37,618 nucleotides of DNA from Octopus bimaculoides (Eukaryota), in the NCBI RefSeq assembly GCF_001194135.2, contig NC_068983.1:127780189-127817806 (forward strand), written 5' to 3'. This document shows, in pieces, positions 1 to 12,694 of this stretch. The position numbers were made by a program, and so were the translations under genes. Under the pieces are notes generated by a model. That model was not told the origin of the DNA and did no database searches. It was given only the letters and a program-made list of their open reading frames with translations. Positions within the stretch are counted from its first letter, which is position 1. Each line of letters starts with the position of its first letter.

Positions 1-350
1 ATATATATATATATATGTATGTATATGTATATATGTATATGTATATGTATATATGTATATATGTATATGTATATATGTATATGTATGTATATGTATGTAT
101 ATGTATGTATATGTATGTATATGTATATATGTATATGTATGTATATGTATGTATGTATATGTATGTATATATGTATATGTATGTATGTATATGTATGTAT
201 ATGTAGGTATGTATATGTATATGTATGTATATATATGTATGCATATGTATGTATGTATGTATATGTATGTATATATATGTATGTATATGTATGCATATAT
301 ATGTATGTATGCATGTATATATATGTATGTATATATATGTATATGTATGT
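1..350. repeat. Compound (TA)n/(TATG)n/(TATGTA)n microsatellite
   Basis: Direct reading; it explains the Y/M/V/C/I-only ORFs at 15-516. Confidence 0.98.
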
Positions 351-909
351 AGATGTTTTCATCCGCTTAGCATTTTCTGTGCTTATTTCCAGTAGTCCAA
401 TTCTGGGATTTGTTATATTTGGAATTCACTTAGTTATTTCTTTACCTATTTTGCTAATGAGAATGAGGCTTTCTTGTTTTCATGCTTTGAGACAAGTTTT
501 AACATCCGGTCATTAGTGTTTTTTGAGGTAGTTGTCTAGGCTAATGGTGGTAATCTTTATTGCTATTTTCAATTGTAAATGTCCTCGGCCACCGTCTTTT
601 TTTTTTGGCAGGTGAAGTCGTTGTATATCTGCCTTAGTGTGGTGCATTCTATGCATTGGCAGCAGTTTTCGCATTTTTCTGTCAAGATTACATATTTCAG
701 TAATCGACAAGTTAATAATATAGAAACCGTAAGTCACAATCTGTATGGCTTCGATCCTATTTCTTGTATTCATGCCTGTCTTCAGTATTGCATTTACCCT
801 GCGTAACATTCTCTTCTGATACTTTCCCTCATCATTGAATGCCTTATTCCATCTCCTCCAAATACCCCTAGGTATTTGTTGTTCTCCGCCGGTTCTAATT
901 CTTTTATTA
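351..909 (-). mobile_element. Degenerate RLE-type (R4/Dong-like) non-LTR retrotransposon, C-terminal RT/thumb fragment
   Basis: Minus strand gives IKELEPAENNKYLGVFGGDGIRHSMMRESIRRE, then RVNAILKTGMNTRNRIEA...DRKMRKLLPMHRMHHTKADIQRLHLPKKKDGGRG, then DRMLKLVSKHENKK. KYLG and H.KAD..RLYLP.K.GGRG are typical of R4/Dong/NeSL-group RTs. Frameshifts and stops are present. Confidence 0.85.
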
Positions 910-927
910 TTTTTATTATTATTATTA
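904..927. repeat. (TTA)n/(TAA)n microsatellite at the 5' junction of the Dong-like fragment
   Basis: ttattatttttattattattatta. Confidence 0.9.
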
Positions 928-2504
928 GGTTATCGACATGTATTGCACGTCGCTATCGTAAGTTCGTTTTGATTTCTGTTGTTTCTGAAAGCTATGCATT
1001 GAACATGGGTTATCGTTTAATAGAGAGTGTAACCAGGATGCCAGGGAGCTTGGTACTTTTCTCCATCTGTAGCCATTAGATTTCAAAATTGCTGTATGCC
1101 TTAACAAATATACACTTCAATTTTTGTTCAAAAAAGTAAGTTGACGAACAAAGATTGCGTGTTCGTTGAAAAGAGCAGCCAGCTCTCCCAAGAACAGAAC
1201 AATAAGATTTTAAAATTAGTTGCAGTAGCAGCAGCTAAAACAAACATATTCACAGTTCGGAAAATGTGTGAAGGTATCTTTCTGCTGCTCAAAATTTCAA
1301 CGTCCTTATGACTATCACAAAAACAAAAAAATAAAACATTGAGAATATTGAGCAACACCAGCACTACCGAAAACAATGCCACTTTCACCACCCCATACCG
1401 CCCCACCTCCCACCACCACCGGAACAGGGACCTCATCACCACTACACAACAACATAGAGCACTGATCAGAGAAAACTGGGTCACAGAGAGCCGAGAACGA
1501 TATGACGAATAACAACACCAAAACAAGACTTGTCTCGTTTCAGTGAATGCAAAATCGATCTTACACGAGGATTTTTATACTAATCCTAGTATTTTAGTAG
1601 CTGTATTTTGCTAAATTACAGTATGGTCTGTTTTATATAGCAGGATGTGATTGTACGTGCTAGTACTTATGTTTGTGTACATACTGATTAATGATTAAAA
1701 TTCTTAGGTTATCTCTCTTGTCGTTCCTTTTAATACGTTCAAGTTTTAATTGTACTGCCCCTCTGCTAAGCTGAAATTGTTGTAATATTATGATTCCCGT
1801 TTGCGTCTGATGTCAGATAGCACGTACTGTTACAAAATGATAGTCATCTATGAATACGGACGCCATTATTTACAATGCGATATCAATTGTGGACATTTCT
1901 CGATAGCTATAGAACATTCGAGACGGACCATATCTCCCTCATCCTTTTAATTTACATTGATCAAAACGTCTATTTAAAGTCAAGCAAGTTATATCTGTGA
2001 AAATAACCTGTGTATTACTTGCATTAGCGTTATGGACACCAAAGTAATTATGAGCAATCTAGAAACACGTTTGAATTTAAAATTTGAAATATGTGTGCAT
2101 AATGTTTCTTCCGATCTTCTACAATTTTCGGTGATATCTCTTCTTTGAAAAATACCCGTGAGATAGGAGAAACTTATTTGATGTTTGCAAAGTAGCGGAG
2201 ATATTTGTTCTCGAATGAAACACTGAGAACAAATATTTCGATCACCTGGAAAATATCATATGTAATGTCGGATGAGTAACAGTATATTTCTAAGTATTTC
2301 GTTTCGAAATTCATTGTTCCACTAATTCAATTATACAATTATTTATGGGATTCTTTCAAGCAGTCACTCTTTCACAGGCTCATTGCTTTAAACACTGATT
2401 GCTTAACACTTGCCTTCATTCATTTTATACAGTCATTCCTTTAAACACAAAATGGCTCACTCCCTCACATAATACATAAATGCATGCACACATTTATTCA
2501 TACG

Positions 2505-2544
2505 TACATACATACATACATACATACATACATACATACATACA
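2505..2544. repeat. (ACAT)n microsatellite
   Basis: Direct reading. Confidence 0.95.
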
Positions 2545-4951
2545 TGCGTACAATCACTGGTTCAGTTACCCATTCAATCGTTCACACATACAAGCTGCTG
2601 AATTTCTACACATCTTGACATATTATACGTCAATATTGTTCGTCACACAATTTTCACTCGATCGATCGATCTTTAGTTGGAACCCTCCAGTAATTTTACA
2701 TTCACATTCTCTATCGATTTATGATACTACAAAATGATTGATTAATTCTGCTTCTGCTTCATTTGCTCTCCCTTGGGGATGAAACTGTCTGTTTGGAATG
2801 CATCAGTGCACGCATATGTAAAACAATGTGTTGCAGCTAATCTGGACAATATCATTGAGTTTATTGAATGTCATTATCGAATCAAGTATCTAATTTATAT
2901 TTGGGTGCCAGCTGTGTCGTAACTGTTCCGTAGACCAGTAGTAAGCTTCAGTGAAACTACTCGCAATACAGTTTCGATTCACAGTGGACATCATTGCAAC
3001 TATTCCAATAATTTATAAATGTTCTCTTTGTGAACGTCTATATATAGCTTGATAAGTTCACTATAAACTTTGAAGTGTACGTTAACGAGACTTAATTATT
3101 ATGAAGACAATATTTTATGAATGTATATATTTTACACTTTATTGGAGACCTGAATCACTCCAAAGTTACGTTTTCATACATCTTTGTTTCCATAATAAAT
3201 TCTCCTACATCAGGAGCATGCGTATATACATTATTCCCACACACTGCACTTGCATACACTACCTAATTACTATGTCAATAATGTACGAAATTATTTCTTG
3301 AAAGTCTGCTATTGGTGCAAATTTCAATTGAATATGTTTCCAGCTGATCTGATTTAATGCCTTGCTCCCTTATCAGCCATACCTCTACAGTGGACTTTCG
3401 AGAAGTAACATTCAAGATGTACCGCACTGTGTTTTTGAAACATAGTGTTTGCAGGACGGTGAGATGTGATATGCGGTTTATTGAAACTGCTATTCTCATA
3501 TCTCTAGCAGTGACCTGGAAGCCTATTTCTTGATTAAGCTAATCTAATTCAATCAGACGGTCAGATTGGATAAATCGTTTAGCAGTCGTTGAAGTCCCAG
3601 TATCAAATAATACTATTCCAAATTTGATTCTACTAATAGTAATAAGTACCTGCTCATATAAATACGGAATCTATATATGTAGAACCGTATGTTAATATGC
3701 AGACACGCACACACACATATACCCCCATACATACAACACACATGACTCTCTTTGTCTGTATGTGGATTATTCTAAGATAAACAAAATGGCGATGGAATGC
3801 ATAGGCATTTCATCAAGCAGGTATGGATGAACGAAATGCATACATGCAGTTGGTATCTCCTGTCCTTCATCCGTATTGAAATGGAAAGAAAAAGAGTTGA
3901 CATTCTCTATATCGGTACAACTGCCAGTAACTGATACGGAAGCGAATCAATGTGAGAGTGAACTAGAAAGCAAGAGCTAGTTTCAGAGAGGCAATTAGAA
4001 ATAGACTGAGAATTAAGAAATAAGCAGAAATAAAAGCTTATTAAGGGGAAGGGTAAATACGATTGCGAGTTCCAAAGCAAAAATAAATGTTTTAAGAGGT
4101 GACGAGAGCATACAGAAAATCGCTTATTAGAAAATTCTAATTTTGGAAGCAATGTCGTTGATTACACTTTCTTGAGTGCGGATTCATAGTGTGTAGAAAA
4201 GACGTTACACTGAAGTAGATGACGACGGTGCGGCATGGCTCCACTGCAACAATGTAACATTTTACATTGTATTCTGCCACACTTTTTGAAATACTGCATT
4301 TCCTAAATTTGTTATTGTTCTTCTGGCTATTACTTTTGTGTTATTTTTTGGCAATTCCAGTTTTTGTTCAGTCCACGATTAACCACACTACTAAAATAAA
4401 AAAAAAAGTTCTATTCGAAGCATGAACTCTTCTAATCATATTTGAAGCTGATGCCTACAAAATTTAACTATAAGAGGTTGCGATACGCGCAAGTTCTGTT
4501 TCATATTCCTCACAGATCAAGCGACAGTATGCAGGATACCACATTCGGCAATGCCTAGTGGGAAAGATGCCAAGTGAATTCTGTGATATAATTCAGTATA
4601 ACATACTTAATTTATTCGCTGTGTCTAATCAAGTTGTGTATCATGTATGTTCAGTTAGTCAAGGTTTAAACAGTCATCGATTGATACAAGAGAATCTGAC
4701 AGATTTCATTGAAGCTTACAGATTGTATGATTCAATTTATCAATGTAGATGCTAAATGAACCGCATAATACATATGAGTTACGTGTGCATGTAATTACCT
4801 AAATTAATATGTCTGTTCTGTTATGTTTACGAAAATATGCATATATGTTTGAACAGCATCAGTATTTACTGTCTAAATGAGAATATACATTATAGTTCAG
4901 CATGTAACAAAATTTCTCTCTATACAATGAGACAGAGAATCAGCCGCTTCC

Positions 4952-4952
4952 G

Positions 4953-4983
<31 letters not shown>

Positions 4984-5007
4984 CCAACATTACTGCATAT
5001 ATATGTA

Positions 5008-5045
<38 letters not shown>

Positions 5046-5199
5046 GTTAGATATACACATGTATNNNNNNNNNNNNNNNNNNNNNNNNNNNNNNNNNNNN
5101 NNNNNNNNNNNNNNNNNNNNNNNNNNNNNNNNNNNNNNNNNNNNNNNNNNNNNNNNNNNNNNNNNNNNNNNNNNNNNNNNNNNNNNNNNNNNNNNNNNN

Positions 5200-5231
<32 letters not shown>
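4952..5231. repeat. (TA)n and (TG)n microsatellites flanking assembly gap 5065-5199
   Basis: Direct reading. Confidence 0.95.
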
Positions 5232-5234
<3 letters not shown>

Positions 5235-5654
5235 ATAAATGAATATATGCGTCTCTGTGTGTGTCTGTGTTGTTGATATAACTGCATAAGTTGTGTATAT
5301 ATGTATGTTTGTAAAAATTACCGTTTGAAATATATTTATCATCTAATTTGTTGCTCTCGCCTAGGCAACACATTGTAAACTTGGAATCGTTGACAATCTG
5401 TGCTTGTATATTCCTTATTTAGATATAGTCTGCTGATTAGAATATTCGTGTTTACATATGTGAAATTATGAGGAAGATAGAGCGGGGTTCATGAATGTTG
5501 TAGCATCAGTCTTGGTGAAAATATCGGAAGTTTACAAGTTCAACAACACAGATAATAATAATATTAACAAAATCAGCATTAGAAGAACAGAATTTTCAAC
5601 ACTTGTTCTCCACCTGTTTAAAATTGCCGATTTTCAAAGTAATATTTTATTTTT

Positions 5655-5942
5655 AATCTGCCGAAGTCAACTTTGCCTTTCATCCTTTCACGGGGTCGAT
5701 AAAATAACTACCATTTGAGCACTGAATTCGATAAAAATCGATTGACCCACATCCCACGAACTCGTTGACTTTTATCCTTTCGGGGTCGATGAAATAACTA
5801 CTAGATGAGCATACGAACTTGCTACCTGTCAACCTTTCTGAGTCGATGAAATAATTAGCACTTGAGCACGGAGTCGATGTAATCCACTTACTCACACCCC
5901 ACGAACTTTCGAATTTTGTACCAAAATTTAAAACCAATATTT
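5655..5942 (+). mobile_element. SINE family A, 3' part, with three copies of the internal CCTTTCGGGGTCGAT(A/G)AAATAA unit
   Basis: ccgaagtcaactttgcctttcatcc...ggggtcgataaaataac...gtcgatgtaatc...ttgtaccaaaatttaaaacc matches the family A copies at 31906-32560. Confidence 0.85.
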
Positions 5943-6165
5943 TTTCTCTTGAAGGACAATACTATAACAAAAGGGATATTCTGTCATATGCTGTCCAGCG
6001 ACAAGTCAATGATCGATGTTTACAACAGTTCACAACCAGATTAATAATTGCATCGATCATATTAAACTCTACTTTATACATTGACTACAATCACATTTCA
6101 TCTACAAGAAAAAACATACGTTATATATCTGTGTGTCTCTGAGGGTATATATATGTCTGTGTATA

Positions 6166-6168
<3 letters not shown>

Positions 6169-6228
<60 letters not shown>
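6169..6228. repeat. (TA)n microsatellite
   Basis: Direct reading. Confidence 0.97.
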
Positions 6229-6238
<10 letters not shown>

Positions 6239-7549
6239 GTGTGTACATTATTTACATTATTTACATTTGACGGATATATGTGTATATTTGCTTATAGGTT
6301 TATAAATGCATACACATGCACACACGTACGTGTATTTGTGTGTGTTCTGTATTAAATTTCAATGAAATTTAACTTCGTATTCATGCACTCTAAGACGATA
6401 ACATAAAATACGAATCAAGTGCTCAGTCGTTGTAATCGAGTAACTTCCTCTCCTAAAATAGTTCTAATTCTGCCTTAATTAAAAATTACCATGCCCAGCC
6501 GAGTTTGTTTATGATCGGACACAATATGTAAATTATTAATTAGATGTTTCCGGGAGAATGTCCTAGGTAGTCAAAACGAAGCAGAAATGTTTGATTTCAC
6601 GGGTAATGTCGGTTATGTATTTATCCTTAATATATCTTTACTATACTTAAATGTCTTAAATGGATCAATGCAAAATTTTCGAAACTACATTGTCCACACT
6701 GTAGTTTTGAAAATTTAGGATACCAAAGATTCCTCTGGACAATGTTGTTTACATAAATGACATGTACAATTTCTGTAATTTTAAACATTGAAATGCCCTA
6801 TGGAAAGCATGCATGAATTAAGAAGATAATTAATCGCGGAAGCTCTTTCGACCAGCTTCATATATTATTCTCTAAGCTTAGAGGAAGTAATTAAATAGAT
6901 CTCGTAGTACTCTGTCACACTGTATTCCCGCTATAGCAGGAAGAGATTAAACGTCAGCTCTACTGGATTCCCGGCAAGCCGGTAATGAACAACACACTTA
7001 GAAAAACAAGAGGCAGTCATTCGGTCAATAAGTTTGCCTGCAGTAATTGATCTCTAAATGCAACTACTTAATTTTTTGGCTCGGAAGCCCAGGTAGAGGG
7101 TAAAGTTACACACAGAAGCTCAGGTCTGAGATGATTAAGAAGAAAATGATTTTTGAATAATAGAAGAATATTAAACATTCGTACACTTTGTGATACAGAA
7201 CGACATTAATAATGATATCTACACATTTTATACACATGTTTTTAACACAGGTACACACACACACACACACACACACACAATCACAGTTATGTTGGCTTCT
7301 CTTTCTTTTCATTATATTTTTATACCTGGGAGAAAATAACATCATTACTTAGATGTTTCTCATAGCCTAGTAACTGTTTCACTACATATTTAACTGTGAG
7401 AAGACAATGGTATATCTGTAATTCTGAGCTGTTATAAGCAATTCTGTTCACATATATCAGTGTTGTTGATGGTTTCACACGCTCTAAGAAAACACGCATA
7501 CTCTAACAGTCAGACAAACCACACATATATGTTTGTATACACACACACA

Positions 7550-7680
7550 CACTGGTTTTCTTCCATCAAATTCCGTTCGCAAAACATTAGCCAAGAGTAA
7601 CCTGTAATAAAAACAACTACAGAAATTTCCATAAAGCGGGATGAAACGTGGGACCAAATAACTGGAAAGTAAACTAATTC
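7550..7680 (-). mobile_element. Highly diverged 5' half of SINE family B
   Basis: ccatcaaattccgttcgcaaaacatt...gggatgaaacgtgggacc...aagtaaact aligns loosely with 17530-17660; it is preceded by (CA)n, as in that copy. Confidence 0.5.
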
Positions 7681-7683
7681 ATT

Positions 7684-8895
7684 CTGTTATTAGCTACAAA
7701 GGCTTACATAAAACAACATTAAAGTGCATGCAACAACATAATAGACAACACAAGACGAGACAAAGGGTTATCATCGTGTAAACAATAAATAATATATAAA
7801 AAATAAACAAAATAAAACTCCCAAAAGAGAGGCGCTTTAAAGGTCCTCGTGGAAAACCCCACAAAAGCCGCGGGTGCCTGATCAACAGGGCAAAAGCTCT
7901 TCTTTCATTTCGTCACGGGTGACATTCCTTCAAAATTCGCCAAACATTCAACAAACTTTCTAGAAGGCAACATTTCCCTTTCCACCCTCTATTTCCTTTC
8001 CAAGTAAAACTTGAAAAACTTGATGAGGCCTTGACTAAAGAGGAAAGTATCTGACTTGAGCCCTTTCAGACGAGTCCACCATACTACCTCTTTTGCATCA
8101 GCGACCAGACAAATAAAAACTACCTGCCCTGCTGGCCGCGAAATATTTTTCCACGAATGTTTCGGACCCGAAAGTTCCGGACAGCCAATCAGAGCTCAAC
8201 TATTAAATTAGTTTATGAGGGCATAACAAGTGATGGGTGATAAGACAAGGTCACTTGGGTAAGCAATGTTTATGCTTCTTCTCTCTTTTAAGAATACTCA
8301 TTGTTCCTATTCTTACCACGGCTGCCTCTACGTAGTTATTCTTGTTGTTTACTTTGTAAAAATACCAACTTCGTTATCCACCTTCTCTATATGTAGCGTA
8401 TGAGGTGGAGGTTGTCGCGAATAGTTCTGTTCGGGACGGCGCATATTTGCGCCTCCCAAACAAGCTTGTCCACGAGAAATGCCAACTGCTTGGCTAACAC
8501 CTTGGTCAACATCTTCAACTTTGCATTGAGCAGAACGATGGGCCTGAACATTTCTATAACGTCCTTCTTTTTTACGTCATTTCTCAGCAGCGCCACCGCC
8601 CCTCGACAGACAAAAGTGGGAATTCTCCCATTCTGCTGCCAGTTGCAGTAAACGCCTGTTACGATGCTCGCAAATAAGTCTGGTTTGAAATATAAAGCTT
8701 GTAGGGCATACCATCGAAACCCGGCGATCTGCCTCTCGTGCAGTTCTTCATCGTTTCCTCTATATCCATGGCTGTTATAAGCCTTTCACGCACTCCGCCT
8801 CGCTTTGCCCTGTTATCCGTCCTACCATTCGTCTCGAACAATCGAGCCATGTGCTGCTGAAAGGTCGCACACATCTGTTTGAGTTCGAGCACCTG
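7684..8895 (-). mobile_element. L1/Tx1-like LINE relic: RT N-terminal piece joined to ORF2 C-terminus and 3' UTR, with a large internal deletion
   Basis: 8365-8892 encodes ITAMDIEETMKNCTRGRSPGFDGMPY...FRPIVLLNAKLKMLTKVLAKQL...QICAVPNRTIRDNLHLIRY. About 7900-8140 encodes VFICLVADAKEVVWWTRLKGLKSDTFLFSQGLIKFFKFYLERK. A T-rich 3' UTR ends AGCCTTTGTAGCTAATAACAGAAT. Confidence 0.85.
8365..8892 (-). pseudogene. Frameshifted L1/Tx1-clade reverse transcriptase, domains 0-2
   Basis: SPG.DG, FRPI.LLN...K...K.LA and Q.CAVP.R.I.DN motifs in ORFs 8659-8892 and 8387-8596. Confidence 0.88.
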
Positions 8896-10326
8896 GGAAG
8901 TAAGTTAATTATCTAGAACTTGTCCTACACGTTGCTGTTTTCAATGCTAGCAGTTCAGTAAAATATGACATGTCTATGGTTCTGAGCTATACTATAAAGC
9001 CCAATAAGACATACATTACAATGCCTTCGTACTATGTTCTGTTCTTTCAGTTCATGTTTTCATTATTATATTTGAAAGTACTCGCGAAGTACTGTTTCCA
9101 AACTCTTTTGCTATGAACACAACAATTTCACTGTTCATCGATGTCTAAAGGCAATACAAATGAAATACTGGAGAATATAAGGGATAACACACTCTCCTTA
9201 AAATTCGAAACGAAATTAGAAAATCATTTTTATACCGAAATAATTAACAAAAATTATATCCAAATAAGTATATATTATTCTAGCTCAACGCACATATACG
9301 CACACATGCGCATGCATGCTTTCCATAAACAACTTTTTTATATTCACTGACAAAGGGTTCATACTATTTCAGTGTACAAACACATAACAGTAAGCAAATG
9401 ATAGCCTTCAACATACAAGAATTTAAGCAACTCATATTATAAGCCTTAAAAACAGTGACCTACATTTTACTCCTCCCACGTGTTCTGTATGTATGTAGTC
9501 TAACACCGCTAATATCCAAACTTAGCTTATAGCCGTACTTTATCTTATATCAATTGACATTATTTCAAAAAGATTAGGGCGCTTAACATAAGTTACGTTC
9601 TATTCTTAACCTTCCTGCACGAAACTAGTATCGCTGACCAGCGATCTAACTAGAAGAAAAAAAAATTCTATTTCATATCATTATTTTCATTATTACAACA
9701 TACGATAGTATTGCGTTATGTAAATACCATAGAAATAGAGAAATGGCAAACAATAAAAGAAATTTTCCAAATAATTACTATCCTGATAATTTTAGTATCT
9801 TAGTATTTTATGATTAGCTTTGTATATACATATATCCAACCATTTCTCGCTCTTTCGCCCGTTATCAATTTTTCTTAGCCATCTATCTGTCTACATACAA
9901 TAATATACAGATACGTAAAATTCATAGAATGCAGGCAATAAGCATATATATGCACACATATGTTTATAAATGTATAAAAAATATCACGCATATACACAGT
10001 ATGTAAGCACATGCATATGCGCACACACACACACACACACGAAATATAAAAATATATGACTGTCTATGTATATACGCATGCAAACGTGTATATGTTTATA
10101 TTAAATGTGCATGTGTGTGTATGCATGCGTGTATAGCAAAACTCACCACATAATGAGTCTTGTGATGACCATGCTTAATAAGCCGGTAACTGAATAACGG
10201 CTTACAAAAGAAAACGTTAAGCAGTGGAAATGTTGCTGTCTTTAATTACAATGCAAAAAAAAAAACGATTCTACTTTAGTAACTGTACTTTGAGTGCAAC
10301 ATATATATGTATATATATATATATAT

Positions 10327-10417
10327 NNNNNNNNNNNNNNNNNNNNNNNNNNNNNNNNNNNNNNNNNNNNNNNNNNNNNNNNNNNNNNNNNNNNNNNNNN
10401 NNNNNNNNNNNNNNNNN
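10327..10417. other. Assembly gap flanked by (TA)n
   Basis: N run. Confidence 0.99.
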
Positions 10418-10612
10418 TATATATGCCTGAATTATTATCTCGATGCCCTGTCACAAGTATTAGTTAACGTATCACCCGGTACGCTCGATAAGGAAACCAC
10501 AAGATTATGCGTCATTACGTCTCACCCAATAACATTAGGATATAATATTCAATCTCTGTAAATTTTGCCTTTCATCTTCACAATGTTAAGACACTATGTT
10601 TCAGACAAAAAG

Positions 10613-11126
10613 ATAATAATAATAATAATGCTTCATTGGAAACTGCGTCAACTGGGGCTAGAAAAGCAAAACGTAGTATGAGAACGAACCAAAGATAGTG
10701 GCGGAGTCGCAGACTTGCAAAACACCTCTCAGGCTTCTCAATCCAAAGAGATCAGGTGCTAGAGAGTAACACACCGAGCCCCCTTGAACCCCGAGAATAT
10801 AGTTAAATGTAACCCATATAAGAAGGAAATAGCCAGGCTATGGAAAATGAAAAAGTTAGTGCCAATTATTGTTGGGTCCTAAGGGACAGTATCAGAAGGC
10901 ATCAAGAGGAATATAAAGGGAATCGGAATAGAGTGCTTAATAGAACTGTTACAAAAGGTTTGCTTCTTTGTCACTGCGAAAATAATAAGGAAAGTATTAG
11001 ATAGTTGAAAAGAACAGATAGCGTAGCCCCATAGGTTGCAGGCAGTGAGCCTGCTATGAATGCAAAACTCTAGTGGTTCCTACAAAACATGAGGTAAAAA
11101 GGAACGATAATAATAATCATAATAAT
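10613..11126 (+). mobile_element. 5'-truncated R4/Dong-like LINE 3' end (degenerate restriction-like endonuclease region plus 3' UTR) embedded in (AAT)n
   Basis: With frameshifts: HWKLRQLGLEK..., FSIQRDQVLESN, KEIARLWKMKK, VPIIVGS, IGIECLIELLQKVCFFVTAKIIRKVLDS* (stop 11006-11008). (AAT)n lies at 10613-10629 and 11107-11126. The PD..D core appears deleted. Confidence 0.85.
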
Positions 11127-11998
11127 TTCTGGAGTCGATGATGGTGATTGCCAAGCTGGTGCTCCAGCATGCTTATACTCTAATGATTATTGTCTCCACT
11201 GAATATTTACTTTATACAAGAATTCCAACATGAGAAAATACAGAAATTTTCGATTGTTAATGTGCTCGTTTATAAAATTGATCTTTCGACTGAATTTCTC
11301 GTGATGTACAAATATCCGGCATTATCCATCATATCTGGAGAGAAGATCTATTTCGTATTTTTGAAAGAGTTTCCTTAAAACATCACCCCAAACTCATCAT
11401 CAATGTTCTTGTTAACTAGTGTTGTACCCGCATTCTTATCTTCGTTTGTATCAATATTTTATCCTTGACTTGAAAGTACTTTCTACCCTATATCACATCT
11501 TGACATTAATATCATTTCATTGTTCTCATAGAATAAATGGAAAACAATATTGTTTTTTTTTTCCTTTCACCATTGTCTTGATTTCTTGTTAAAAATAAAC
11601 CGAAAAATACATCATACATCGAATCACTATTGATATTTTGAGGAGATAAACTGTTGTTCAGTTCAATCATATCATTGATTAGTAAGGCTATTTCTAATTA
11701 ACTTAACAATTAATGACATACATGTGATTTATTATTTCAGTGCTTACACTGAAGTGATAGCAAAAGCAGATATTCTATTTCTTGTAACAGAATCACCTTT
11801 TGTCATTAATAGAATACCGATAAATTTCATTTAAATAATAACAACCAAAGAATGTTGTATTGGTGGCTGTGTACGTGTTCACATTAATCACGAACGTTCT
11901 TCCATAGAAGTTATTTTGTTGCCTTGAAAGAGAATTGTGTTTATAATGTTTTTAACTACGTATACGTATTCCTTTTAAATGCTTATATGTTATATATA

Positions 11999-12432
11999 NN
12001 NNNNNNNNNNNNNNNNNNNNNNNNNNNNNNNNNNNNNNNNNNNNNNNNNNNNNNNNNNNNNNNNNNNNNNNNNNNNNNNNNNNNNNNNNNNNNNNNNNNN
12101 NNNNNNNNNNNNNNNNNNNNNNNNNNNNNNNNNNNNNNNNNNNNNNNNNNNNNNNNNNNNNNNNNNNNNNNNNNNNNNNNNNNNNNNNNNNNNNNNNNNN
12201 NNNNNNNNNNNNNNNNNNNNNNNNNNNNNNNNNNNNNNNNNNNNNNNNNNNNNNNNNNNNNNNNNNNNNNNNNNNNNNNNNNNNNNNNNNNNNNNNNNNN
12301 NNNNNNNNNNNNNNNNNNNNNNNNNNNNNNNNNNNNNNNNNNNNNNNNNNNNNNNNNNNNNNNNNNNNNNNNNNNNNNNNNNNNNNNNNNNNNNNNNNNN
12401 NNNNNNNNNNNNNNNNNNNNNNNNNNNNNNNN
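11999..12432. other. Assembly gap
   Basis: N run between (TA)n and (TG)n. Confidence 0.99.
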
Positions 12433-12523
<91 letters not shown>

Positions 12524-12694
12524 TTGTATGTCAGAGTTCCTGTCCCCCACCATCGTGTGATAACGTATGTTGGTGTGTTTACGTCCCCTTAACGGTTCTG
12601 AAAAAGAGACCGATATAATAAGTACATGGCTTACAAAAATAAGTCCTGGGGTCGATTTGTTCGACTAAAAAAGTGATGCTCCAGCATAGACGCA
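12433..12694 (+). mobile_element. SINE family B, 3' half, starting in its internal (TG)n
   Basis: tcccccaccatc...gttggtgtgtttacgtcccc...gagaccgata...aataagtcctggggtcgatttgttcgactaaa...gctccagcat is the reverse-complement match of 17130-17300. Confidence 0.9.

Noticed and set aside
15-516. ORFs of 63-165 aa at the window start
   Set aside because: Translations of (TATG)n microsatellite plus antisense LINE sequence.
5684-5884. CRISPR-like repeat spacing here, at 23301-23503 and at 26456-26670
   Set aside because: Eukaryotic context, diverged repeats, no unique uniform spacers and no cas genes.
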